64,000 nt of DNA from the human T2T-CHM13v2.0 reference genome, Homo sapiens: the NCBI RefSeq assembly GCF_009914755.1, contig NC_060926.1; one strand, 5' to 3'. The notes below the pieces were generated by a model. That model was given only the letters and a program-made list of their open reading frames with translations, made no database searches and was not told the origin of the DNA. How positions within the stretch are numbered: the first letter of the stretch is position 1; each line of letters begins with the position of its first letter. Below, in pieces: positions 27,946-41,049 of the stretch. The position numbers were made by a program, and so were the translations under genes.

Positions 27946-28885
27946 GCAGCTAACAGTTGGATGAATTTCACAATTTCTAAAGATCTTCAAATAGTGTAAT
28001 TAATTTTTCAATTAATCCTCAACATCACTAAATAGAACACATGTCTCTATTTTACCCATAACAACACTGATGCTCAGGGATATAAAATGATTTGAAAAAG
28101 GTCCAGAATTAATGACACAAAATCAGAATGGGAATTCATAACTTTTGACTGAGGCTTTATTTATTAGATCATATCTACACTTCTGAAAGCCTTTTCTACA
28201 TATTGGAAAAGAATAATTTTCTAGAGCAGCCCAGTGACTTGTACACAGAGTAGAAAATATTGCAATTTCTGTTAGGGTTCTTTGGGAGCATGAAACAGAA
28301 AGGTATTCTGGCTAGTTTAAGCCAAAAGAAAACATTAGAAATTTATTGGAAGTTTATAAGGCAGCTCATGGAACTGGAGGAAAGGCATAACTATCAAGCC
28401 TTACAAAGTCAGATCCCATGGTAATATGTGAATCTGGTACACAGGAACTAGTGAGCAATTTTTCTAGGGTCTTGTGATTAGGAGAAGTCAGTTCTAACTA
28501 TTTTCTATTCTGGTGACAGTCTGCTTGAGATTATAATTTCATGAAGAGTTTGATTTTGATTTACCTGACATGATCTATAGGCCCACATGTTGGCTTCCAA
28601 GTACCACAAATAATAAGTTAAATGAGGTATGGGAGATAGCAAAGAATTGGGATGCTACTATCAAGAAGAAGTGGACACTGTGCCAGCCTAGCTCTAATCT
28701 CTAAAATACGGAAATAAAAAGTGATCATACTTTCATCATTAACCTTTTAAAAGTTCCTTAGAAATTTATGCAGAGAAAGTATACTATGAATATGAACCCA
28801 GTACTTAATACATTTTGTCTTATAGTCTTCCCTGCCCGAGATACTACACACATATGTATAGATAGATAGACAGAGAGATAAATAT

Positions 28886-31158
28886 AGATATGGTTTGGCT
28901 GTGTCCACACCCAAATCCCATCTTGAATTGTAGCTCCCATAATCCCCATATATGGTGGGAGGGACCTGGTGGGAGGTAACTGAATCACGGAGGTGGGTTT
29001 TTCCTGTGCTGTTCTCATGATAGTGAAAAAGTATCATAAGATCCGATGGTTTTATAAAGGGCAGTTCCCGTACACATGCTCTCTTGCCTGCTGCCATGTA
29101 AGACATGCCTTTCCTCCTCCTTTGCCTTCCACCATGATTATGAGGCCTCCCCAGCCATATGGAACTGTGAGTCCATTAAACCTCTTTTTCTCTATAAGTT
29201 ACCCAGTCTCCGGTATTTCTTCATAGCAGTATGAAAATGGACTAATTTGGTAAATTGGTACTGGTAGAGTGGGATATCGTTATTCAGTTACCCGAAAATG
29301 TGGAAGCAACTTTGGAACTGGGTAACAGGCAGAGGTTGGAACAGATTGGAGGGCTCAGAAGAAGACAGGAAAATGTGGGAAAGTTTGGAACTTCTTAGAG
29401 ACTTGTTGAATGGCTTTGACCAAAATGCTGATAGTGATATGAACAATAAGGTCCAGGCTGAGATGGTTTCAGATGAAGATGAGAAACTTGCTGGGAACTG
29501 GATTAAAGGTCACTCTTGGTATGCAAAGAGACTGGCAGCTCCCATATTGCCTTTGCCCTAGAGATCTGTGGAACTTTGAACTTGAGAGAGATGATTTAGG
29601 GTATCTGGAGGAAGAAACTTCTAAGCAACAAAGCATTCAAGAGGCAGCAGAGCATAAAAGTTTGGAAAATTTGCAGCCTGACAATGCCATAGAAAAGAAA
29701 ACCCCATTTTCTGGGGAGAAATTCAAGCCAGCTTCAGGAATTTGCATAAGTAACAAGGAGCCAAATGTTAATCACCAAGACAATGGGGAAAATGTCTCCA
29801 GGACATGTCAGATAACTTCTCATCAGCCCCTCCCATCACTGGCTCAGAGTCCTCAGAGGGAAAAATGGTTTCCTAGGCTGAGTCCAGGGCCCCCTGCTGT
29901 GTGCAGCCTTAGGAGTTGGTGCCCTGCATCCCAGCCACTCCAGCCATGGCTGTGGCTAAAAGGGGCCAACACAGAGCTCATGCCTTGGCTTCAGAGGGTG
30001 CAAGACCCAACCAAGCCTTGGCAGCTTCCACATGGTGTTGGTCCTGCAGGTGCACAGAAATCAAGAATTGAGGTTTGGGAACCTCCACCTAGATTTCAGA
30101 GGATGTTTGGAAACACCTGGTTGTCCAGGGAGAGATGTGCTGCAGGAGCCCTCATTGGAGAACTTTGGCTAGGGCAGTGCAGTAGGGAAATGTGGAGTGG
30201 GAGCCCCAACACAGATTCCCCACTGAGGCACTGCCTAGTGAAGCTGTGAGAAGAGGATCACCATCTTCCAGACTCCAGACTCCAGAATGGTAGATCCACC
30301 AACAGCTTGTAGCATGCACCTGAAAAAGCTGCAGACACTCAAGGCCACCCGTGGAAGCAGCTGAAAGGGGAACTGCATCCTGCAAAGCCACAGGGGTGGA
30401 GCTGTCCAAGGCCATGTCCAAGGCCTTTGCATCAGTGTGACCTGGATGTGAGACATGGAGTCAAAAAAGATCATTTGGGAACTTTAAGATTTGACTGCCC
30501 CACTGAATTTTGGACTTGCATGGGGCCTGTAGCCCCTTCGTTTTGGCCAATTTCTCCCATTTGAGATGGATGTATTTACCCAATGCCTGTGTCTCCATTG
30601 TATCTAGGAAGTAACTAACTTGCTTTGGATTTTATAGGCTCATAGGCAGAAGGGACTTGCCTTATCTCAGATGAGACCTTGGACTGTGGACTTCTGAGTT
30701 AATGCTGAAATGAGTTAAGAACTGGGGACTGTTGGGAAGGCATGATTGGTTTTGAAATATGAGAACATAAGATTTGGGAGGGGCTGGGGTGAAATGATAT
30801 GGTTTGGCTGTGTCCCCACCCAAATCTCATCTTGAATTGTAGCTCCCATAATCCCCATGTGTCATGGGAGGGAGGGGTTGGAAGGTAATTGAATCATGGA
30901 GGCAAGTTTTTCCCACAGTGTTCTTGTAATAGTGAATAAGTCTCATGAAATCTGATGGTTTTATAAAGGACAATTCTCCTACACCCGCTGTCTAGCCTGC
31001 TGCCATGAAAGACATGACTTTCCTCCTCCTTTGCCTTCCACCATGATTGTGAGGCCTCCCTAGTTATGCGGAACTGTGAGTCCATTAAACCTCATTTTTT
31101 TAATAAATTACTCAGTCTCAGGTATTTCTTCATAGCAGTATGAAAATGGACATATATA
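28886..31158 (+). mobile_element. Full-length THE1 (THE1C-like) MaLR element: LTR-int-LTR
   Basis: 5' LTR at ~28886-29249, internal region starting GTAAATTGGTAC, PPT-like GGGAGGGGCTGGGGTGAAA, and 3' LTR at 30795-~31158. Flanked by TA/CA-rich repeats. Confidence 0.92.
29298..30249 (+). pseudogene. MaLR internal ORF remnant (frameshifted)
   Basis: ORFs 29298-29561 and 29473-30249 carry typical MaLR-int peptide (MWESLELLRDLLNGFDQNADSD; CPRDLWNFELERDDLGYL). Confidence 0.75.
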
Positions 31159-31285
31159 TAATATATATATGCACACACACATATACACATACACCCCCAC
31201 ACACATACATATATACACACAAGTGTATATATATAATATATACACAATAAATGTGTGTACTATATATACAAATATGTATACACAA
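31152..31285. repeat. (TA/CA)n low-complexity tract
   Basis: Direct inspection. Confidence 0.85.
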
Positions 31286-33461
31286 AACTGCATACAAAAT
31301 AAGAAGGAAAATAACAATTTACTTAGAGGCCACAAAAAAGTAAATGTATTTTTCCATTTTTCAGTGAGAAAAAAGTATTCCCATGATCAATTTACCTTGA
31401 TTTTTATTTTTTATTTTTATCTTCACTTCAGGACACGTGGTATAGTTAAATTATAAGGAAATAATTGTGAGTGCAGTCTATGTTCAATAGTTCATAAGCA
31501 TAAAAATTTAACTTAGAACAACAAAAGCTTTTCCTACAAGTATGACCAATATTGTAAATTACCTCCAATGCTTCATGCAGAAATGTGGCATGGATTGCTT
31601 AATTATAATTTTTTCCCATTAGTTTTGTTTTTCTTTATTATCATGCCCTCACTGTAAGGTTCTATAATGCAATTTACAAAAGAAAAGCCATAAGATGCTG
31701 GGGAGAAAATGAGAAAAATCAAGAGGAGGTATTAACAGAAAAACAGGTAAATGAAATTATTATTATGAATGGTGCATTGTAAGATTTCTGTACTGTACTT
31801 TTATATATAAAGGAGAGGAGCTATTTTTTTAAAGCTGCATTTTAACTGTGGCAAAAGTACAGATTAATTGGTTATAAGTAAATGTTTATGATGAGTGCAG
31901 TTGTGTTGCTCCTGGCAAAATCGATCTGTATTCCCGTGCTTCTTAAGAAAGACCTTTATTTTTCTGGATGGGCATTTCTATTGGTTTATCAGTGAAGATA
32001 TTTATAAATTTGGCTGCAGAGGATGCAGAGTGGCCCGTGAACAAGGTGCAGAGTATGTGGGTTCAATAATTATGAATTCCAAAGGATTTTTCAGGTTTAG
32101 TTGAGTGGTGACATCTATTCTCTTCTCTGCTGCCATGGCATGGAATATAATTTTTGCACTGGAGTGTCACATTGGCTCATGAAAAATAAAGCTATTTATT
32201 TCAAAAGAAACAATAGCAACATGATATGACAACTTGAGCTGGTCCAGTACAATTCAATTGTGTTGTTTTCTGATAACAGGGGTATAGCTGTGTCATCGCT
32301 TTATATGACTTTCTCCATATAAATTTGGGTTTTTTAAGTCTGAAATACAAATCCAGCTTTTATTGGTTTTATTAACTTTAATAACTTATACTGTAATAAC
32401 TGCTGTTCTTTGCATTAAACTTACATTAAAAATGATATAGGGAGACTTGAATTAAAGTTAATATGATTGCAGTCTATAATAAATAATTAGGCTGCCTTCA
32501 GATAATAATATTGTCTATGACTTAGGTCCATTGTTTAATTCTTTTTTTCAAAACTCTTATCAGTTACGATGTTTATATTTTAGAGAATATAGAATAGTAA
32601 TTTTCTTATATAAAAAGTATAGAAAGCTTTTGTTTTTTCCTGAAAATCACCAATAATCACACCTAGATTTTCAAATAAAAACAGTACATTCAATTTTATT
32701 CAACCAATTTAAAAAATTATTTTTCTGTTGTTTCCATAATACAAAGGTAGACTTTATCAGAAAAAACTTCTTGTGTTTTAATCTTTTTTCCACTGCAGAT
32801 AAGTACAACCATGTATACTACACTTTTGAAAGTATAACAAATATGCCTGTTTTCATTTTCAGATTCTGCTATAAATTCTCCTCACCACTGTGTTGAGAAA
32901 GCCCAGGTGCCCATAAAAACCAGTGAATATATGCAAATGTTACACAGTTATAACAATCTATTTGGTATTAATAGATATTGTATATTAAATGCAAAAAAAC
33001 AGAGGAACTTGAAGGGCAGAAATAAAACACACAAAGAAAATGCATGTTTTTGCTGATTAAGAAGTAACATTTATTTACAATCATTGTAATCTAGTCACGA
33101 GTGGTAATGAAATTTGCTACTGGGTTTTGAGCATAATGTTGCCTTCCCGAGTTGTCTTTTTCAATAATATACATTTACCCTTCAAGGCTTAATTTTAGGT
33201 ATTTGTTTCTTCCTTCTGTGATTACTCATATCCACCCATGATCACTTTGTTTGATTTATGCTGGATTAAAACATTTTGCTCTGGCCACCACACTCTATGA
33301 CTGGGTTGGAGTTGTAGTAACAGTGGGGAAAGGAACATGAGACAATAAGCAAAATCAAGAACAAAACAAAACAACAGTAAGAATAAAAACTGGCCATTAT
33401 GGCCACATCTCTATTCTGGGAGAGGTGCTTGGCTGTATTTGACTCCAGGAGGTGATGTGGT

Positions 33462-33598
33462 TAAGGGTGAAAAGGTGGTTCCCATTGTTCCTCCCCTGAA
33501 ACAGGTCAACTGGAAATGAGTTTCAGAGGCTGGTTAAAGTGGTGGCTTACACTTGCCTCCCAGGCTCCTGAGACAATGAAGGCAGGAATGACAGGGTA
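33462..33598 (+). repeat. Copy 1 of a local ~137-bp direct duplication
   Basis: About 90% identical to 34200-34335 by manual alignment. Confidence 0.92.
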
Positions 33599-34199
33599 AC
33601 ATTTGGTCTGTATTCCTCAAGTTAGATGGCTGACCCAAATAGCTCATTCAGTGGATGCAAGGCCAGGGTGAGCCCATAAAAATCTGTCAAACATGGCTTT
33701 TTTTTTCTCCTGCCTTTCGTTGGTTGGGGAGCATAGGGAGAGACATTTCCTTCTTTTAAATCCCAATCCAAGGGAGGAAAGTGCCACATTGCCAGAAATG
33801 TATAGCCCTGAGAAGTGCATTTACTTGCTCCTAAGGCTTTTGTGAGACCAAAGGGTACCTACTTATAACTTTGGAGAAGTCACACCAATTACAAGGAGAG
33901 TGATTGTTCAGAGTAAATGAGTTGATGTAGATGATGTTTTTCTTATAGTAGAAGAATAATCACTTTTAGTATAAGGGGGCAGATAATATGATTTATAGGA
34001 TTCTTTCTAGCTCTGTTTCATATACTGTTAATGACTTAATTTATTGCACATTTCTGTATGTGTAGAAAGGAAAATAATATGAGGTTTAAAAAGAGGAGCT
34101 TATTAAAAATCAGAAAAATGTGAAATATGTATTATTATTTCTAGGGAAAGAGTTGGAGCTCCATCTTTTACTAGCCAAATCTATGACCCTTAACCTTTC

Positions 34200-34335
34200 T
34201 AAGGGTGAGAAGGTGGTTCCCATTGTCCCTCCTTTGAAATAGGTCAACTGGAGATGAGTATCAGAGATTGGTTGAAGTGTGGCTTATACTTGCCTCCCAG
34301 GCTCCTGAGACACTGAAGGCAGGAATGACAGGGTA
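34200..34335 (+). repeat. Copy 2 of a local ~137-bp direct duplication
   Basis: TAAGGGTGAGAAGGTGGTTCCCATTG...GAAGGCAGGAATGACAGGGTA matches 33462-33598. Confidence 0.92.
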
Positions 34336-34489
34336 GTTTATATGATAAGGGAGTATATGATACTGCACTGTCATAGATAGGCCTCCTGGGTTTCCATTCA
34401 AGCAACAGCTCTCCACTTACTGCACATGCTGTTTTCATTTATCATGACATCTATTTCTGGAACTTTTTTCTCCAACGTGCTCAAGAACT

Positions 34490-34640
34490 TCATTCATTCA
34501 TTCATTCATTCATTCAACAACTGCTTTTCGGGCATCTACTTTTTGCAAGGCAAAAGATCATGAGAATACTTTGCAGACAAGACAAAATTCCTGTCCTCAA
34601 GAAATTTATATCACAAAGAGGCAAACTATAAAAACTGACC
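34490..34640 (-). mobile_element. L2 3' end
   Basis: (CATT)n CAACAA...GACAAAATTCCTGTCCTCAAGAA. Confidence 0.75.
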
Positions 34641-34695
34641 AAACGATATGTGACAGTTACTAGAAGGAAGGTGAGCATAGGTACAATGGGAGTGT

Positions 34696-35523
34696 AGTGA
34701 AGTTCAAACCTTGAAGATTCAAACAAACTGACAATTCTCAAATTAGCAGGAGAAAAGGCACACAAATTTATGAATGTGCATAAGCAAGAGATCCATACGA
34801 GATATGAAAATCAAAGAAAGGTCAGATGCTTGAAGCTTATATACCATCTTCATAGGGGAAAGGGAGGTAGGGAAAATGTAGGCACTTTGAGGGGTTGTAA
34901 ATGATTTTTAGGGAAAATGAACAGGCCCAAAGAGCAGAAAATAGTTTGTAAATGATTCTCTTTAAAAGCCGAATGGGACCAATAAGTTATGGGAAGGTAA
35001 GGGGTAGAACTGCACTGTGAACAAAAGTTGTCTTATTATGAAGATAAAGCCTCAAGTAATCTCTTGGAACTGCTCTAGGAAGAATAAATTAAAAGTCTCT
35101 CTGGGTGTGGTGATGACTTTTATCTGTCTTATTCTATGAGATTATTTAATGAGATTCCTAAGCAGGGGAACTTAAGAGAATTTCATTTCTTTTGGAAGAA
35201 GTTTTCATCAGTCAGATAAGGGAACGGTTAGACAGTTCCCCTTCCTGAACTTGGGGAAATGGAGGGACACCAAGAGAAAGAAAGTTGTTGGTTTGAGGCA
35301 GCTTCGAAGGTCTTCCAATTTCCTTTTATTCAAAATTGCTCAGAGGTGGGTGCTGTGGCCCACTCCTGTAATCCTAGCACTTTGGGAGGCTGAGGCAGGA
35401 AGGATGGCTTGAAGCCAGGAGTTCAAGACCAGCATGAGCAACAGTGGGACTTCATTTCTACAAAAAGAAGTACTCGGAATGTCAAACCACCTTACTTTGA
35501 AATATTGGCCTCTGTGCCCCAAC
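34696..35523 (-). mobile_element. MER4-group ERV1 LTR (MER34/MER39/LTR48-like), interrupted by a FLAM
   Basis: The reverse strand begins GTTGGGGCACAGAGGCCAATATTTCAAAGT...TTTGACAT. AGGAGAAAAGGCACACAAATTTAT lies near the other end. Confidence 0.6.
35345..35468 (+). mobile_element. FLAM_C / Alu left monomer
   Basis: CCTGTAATCCTAGCACTTTGGGAGGCTGAGGCAGGAAGGATGGCTTGAAGCCAGGAGTTCAAGACCAGC with a short A tail. Confidence 0.82.
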
Positions 35524-35534
35524 GTTAGCCATGA

Positions 35535-35870
35535 GAACGAAGCATCCTTCCTTACATATTTTAAGTACAGCCTAAAAGTTTCTCCATCCATAGTGAACTG
35601 TAACCTAACGGACTGTGTAAACAGACTATAACCTACTCTTTTGATTGAGTTTTGGCCAATCAAATGTGGCCAACTGTTCAAACTGTATTCAAATAAGGCA
35701 AAGGCTGAGCTGTAACCAATCTAATGTTTCTGTATCTGACTTCCATTTTTTTCTGTATGTCACTTTCCTTTCTCTGTTCATAAATGTCCTTTGACTATGA
35801 GGCTGTGCTGGGGGCATCTCTAATCCTATTCTGGTTCGAGGGCTACCCATTCACAAGTCATTCTTTGCTA
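35535..35870 (+). mobile_element. MER57-family ERV1 LTR
   Basis: CATATTTTAAGTACAGCCTAAAAGTTTCTCC...CAAATAAGGCAAAGGCTGAGCTGTAACCAATC. Confidence 0.72.
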
Positions 35871-36279
35871 TTGCCAGTTAATTTGCAGGCCCCCAATCAC
35901 TGGATCCAAGTTGGAAAAAAAAATTTTTTTCTCCCAACAGGGACATAGTGAATGACCGACTGCAGATGCGAGTGTGGCACAGGACAGGCAGAGAGAGCAG
36001 TTGCATAATACAGAGCTTCAGATAAACAGACTCCTGATCCACAGCACAGCAGAAGAAAAACATGGGGGGAAGGCCAGCTCATGTCTGGAAATGGCTCCTC
36101 AGGGAGGCTTTCCATGATTAATTCATCACAATTCAGGATTGCCATCAGTATTGAAAATCCTGTTTATCATCATGCTTATAAGGCAGCCACCTCTCATTGG
36201 TGAACTTAACCTTAACTAAACTCTTTACACTAATTTATAAAACCTGAATGTCATGGTACATTTAATATTAGAACAGCTA

Positions 36280-36800
36280 CTCTTTGACTTTGCAATCCAA
36301 TCCTAAGACCTAAGAAAAACAAAAACATATGTCTACAAAAAATAATTGTACATAAATGTTTATAATGGATTTATTCCTGGGAGCAAAAAACTCAAAAACA
36401 ACCCAAATATTACGTGGAATATCCATACAACAGAACAGTATTCAACCATACAAAGAATGATCTACTGGTACAAATAACATGAACATTCTCAACAATTTCA
36501 AAATATTATGCTAAACTAAAAAAGTCAGAAAAAGAATTTACTCTATATAGCTGCATTTACATGAAGTACAAGTTCAGGCCAAAACTAATCTATGATAACA
36601 GATTGTATGGTATGATTTTTAATTTTTGCTTTGCGAGAAGGGGGAGCAATTGACTAGAAAGTCCTTGTGGAAACTTCCTGGGATGATAGAAATGTTCTAA
36701 ATCTTGATTAGAGAGGTAATCAAGATATTTACAGCTCATAAAACTATATTTAAAATCTGGGTCTTCTGTAAAACGTAAGTTTTACCTCAAGAGATTACTG
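36280..36800 (+). mobile_element. Old L1ME/MC 3' fragment
   Basis: AAAACATATGTCTACAAAAA...ATATCCATACAACAGAACAGTATTCAACCATA...GATAGAAATGTTCTAAATCTTGAT. Confidence 0.72.
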
Positions 36801-36868
36801 CAAACAAACATACATGAGAGAAAGAGATACCACCATGGAGTTGTCAAGGTCAAAATAAAAATGTAGAT

Positions 36869-38085
<1,217 letters not shown>

Positions 38086-38088
38086 AGA

Positions 38089-38647
<559 letters not shown>

Positions 38648-38996
38648 GTGGTCTTCAGTATGTCGGAAGAACAAAGAGAAGGTTGGAAATTCCAGGAAAA
38701 GAAGAAATGTTAGATATTGTTTCTCCAGAAAGTTCAATGGCACTAGTAAAGTTTTCGAGAGCTGGCAAGTGGTGGTGGTGGGTAAAAGGGGGCTTAGAGT
38801 TGCAACAGTTTATTTCAGAAACCAGTAAATAAAACTGGTTTCAAGTTACAGCAAGCAGTTTCAGCAGCCAGTCTTGCAGAGAATTAAATTCTTGGAGCAG
38901 CATCATGTGCCCTGAGGGCTTTTGCCACCTGGATTCTCCACTCTGTTTTAGTTGAGTATGACAAGAATGGCCCAATTATTATCCCTTTTCACAGAG

Positions 38997-39395
38997 TGTC
39001 AGGCCTCTGAGCCCAAGGTAAGCCATCATATCCCCTGTGACCTAGACATACACATCCAGATCGATGACATTCCACTGATGACATTCCACCACAAAAGAAG
39101 TGAAAATGGCCTGTTCCTGCCTTAACTGATGACACTGTCTTGTGAAATTCCTTTTCCTGGCTCATCCTGGCTCAAAAGCTCCCCCACTGAGTACCTTGTG
39201 ACCCCCACTCCTGCCCACCAGAGAACAACACCCCTTTTTCCTTTACCTACCCAAATCCTATAAAATGGCCCCACCCCTATCTCCCTTCGCTGATTCTCTT
39301 TTCGGACTCAGTCTGCCTGCACCCAGGTGAAATAAACAGCCATGTTGCTCACACAAAGCCTGTTCGGTGGTCTCTTCACACAGACGCGCATGAAA
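38997..39395 (+). promoter_or_regulatory. HERV-H 5' LTR (LTR7, 7up-like)
   Basis: TGTCAGGCCTCTGAGCCCAAG...CATGAAA, with ACAAAAGAAG at 39091-39100, a TATAAAA box, GGCCCCACCCC (KLF/SP-like) and AATAAA. Confidence 0.93.
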
Positions 39396-39397
39396 TT

Positions 39398-39415
39398 TGG
39401 TGCCGTGACTCAGAT
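39398..39415 (+). other. Primer-binding site complementary to tRNA-His
   Basis: TGGTGCCGTGACTCAGAT, one mismatch from the canonical TGGTGCCGTGACTCGGAT. Confidence 0.92.
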
Positions 39416-40299
39416 CGGCGGACCTCCCTTGGGAGATCAATCCCCTGTCCTCCTGTTCTTTGCTCCATGAGAAAGATCCACCTACAAGCTCAGGTCCTCA
39501 GACCGACCAGCCCAAGGAACATCTCACCAATTTTAAATCGGGTAAGCGGCCTCTTCTTACTCTCTTCTCCAACCTCTCTCACTGTCCCTCAACCACTTTC
39601 TCCTTTCCACTCTTCAATCTCTCCCTTCTCTTAATTTCAATTCCTTTCATTTTTCGGGTAGAGAAAAAGGAGACACGTTTTATCCGTGGACCCAAAACTC
39701 CGGCACCGGTCATGGACTAGGGAAGGCAGCCTTCCCTTGGTGTTTAACCTTTGCAGGGATGCCTCTCTGATTATTCACCCAGGTTTCAGAGGTGTCAGAC
39801 CACGCAGGGACACCTGCCTTGGTCCTTCACCCTTAGCAGCAAGTCCCACTTTTCTGGGGGAAGGGGCAAGTACCCCAATCCCTTCTCTCCATGTCTCTAC
39901 CCCTTCTCTGCCTTTCTGGGGGGCAAGAAACCCCCAACCCCTTCTCCTTCACCCTGAGTGGCAACTCCCGCTTTTCTAGAGGAGGGGCAAGTACCCCAAC
40001 CTCGTATCTCTGTGCCCCGATCCCTTATTTCCACGCCCCGACCTCTTATATCTCTGCACCCTGATCCCTTATTTCCATGCCCTGACCTTGTATCTCTGTG
40101 CCCCGACCCCTTCTCTGCTTTTCTGGAGGGCAAGAACCCCCCACCCCTTCTCCGTGTCTCTACTCTTTTCTCTGGTCTTGCCTCCTTCACTATAGGCAAG
40201 CTTCCACCTTACATTCCTCCTTCTTCTCCCTTAGCCTGTGTTCTTAAGAACTTAAAACCTCTTCAACTCTCACCTGACCTAAAATCTAAGCGTCTTACT

Positions 40300-40986
40300 T
40301 TCTTCTGCAATTCCGCTTGACCCCAATACAAACTCAAAAGTAGTTCCAAATAGCCGGAAAATGGCACTTTCAATTTTTCCATCCTACAAGATCTAAATAA
40401 TTCTTGTCGTAAAACGGGCAAATGGTCTGAGGTGCCTGACGTCCAGGCATTCTTTTACACATCTGTCACTCTCTAGTCTCTGTTCCCAATGCAACTCATC
40501 CCAAATCTTGCTTCTTTCCCTCCCACCTGTCCCCTCAGTCCCAATTCTTCTGCTAGGTCCCAATTCTTCTGCTCCTGACATTAAATAAAACTCCAAAAAT
40601 TAAATTCCGGCCCTCAAACCCCACAACAGGATTTAATTAACCTCACCTTCAAGGTGTACAATAATAGAAAAAAGTTGCAATTCCTTGCCTCCACTGTGAG
40701 ACAAACCCCAGCCACATCTCCAGCACACAAGAACTTCCAAACGCCTGAACTGCAGTGGCCAGGCATTCCTCCAGAACCTCCTCCCCCAGGAGCTTGCTAC
40801 AAGTGCCAGAAATCTGGCCACCAGGCCAAGGAATGCCTGCAGCCCAGGATTCCTCCTAAGCTGTGTCCCATCTGTGCGGGACCCCGCTGGAAATCGGACT
40901 GTCCAACTCACCTGGCAGCCACTCCCAAAGCCCCTGGAACTCTGGCCCAAGGTTCTCTGACTCCTTCCCAGATCTTCTTGGCTTAG
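40300..40986 (+). pseudogene. gag: HERV-H gag remnant
   Basis: ORF 40654-40986 has CYKCQKSGHQAKEC (intact CCHC) and CPICAGPRWKSDC (His lost). Most of the capsid region is deleted. Confidence 0.85.
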
Positions 40987-41049
40987 CGGCTGAAGACTGA
41001 CGCTGCCCGATCACCTCGGAAGCCCCCTAGGCCATCACGGACGCCGAGC

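Noticed and set aside
30267-30425. Short duplications CCAGACT and GTCCAAGGCC in THE1-int
   Set aside because: Ordinary slippage-scale events with no functional hint.
33462-34335. The 137-bp direct repeats as LTRs of a tiny retroelement
   Set aside because: No TG..CA termini, PBS, PPT or flanking TSD.
39860-40160. Repeated CCCCAACCCCTTCTC / CCCTTATTTCC units as a novel repeat array or CRISPR-like structure
   Set aside because: This is the normal repetitive HERV-H leader (pre-gag) region, with no constant repeat plus unique spacers.
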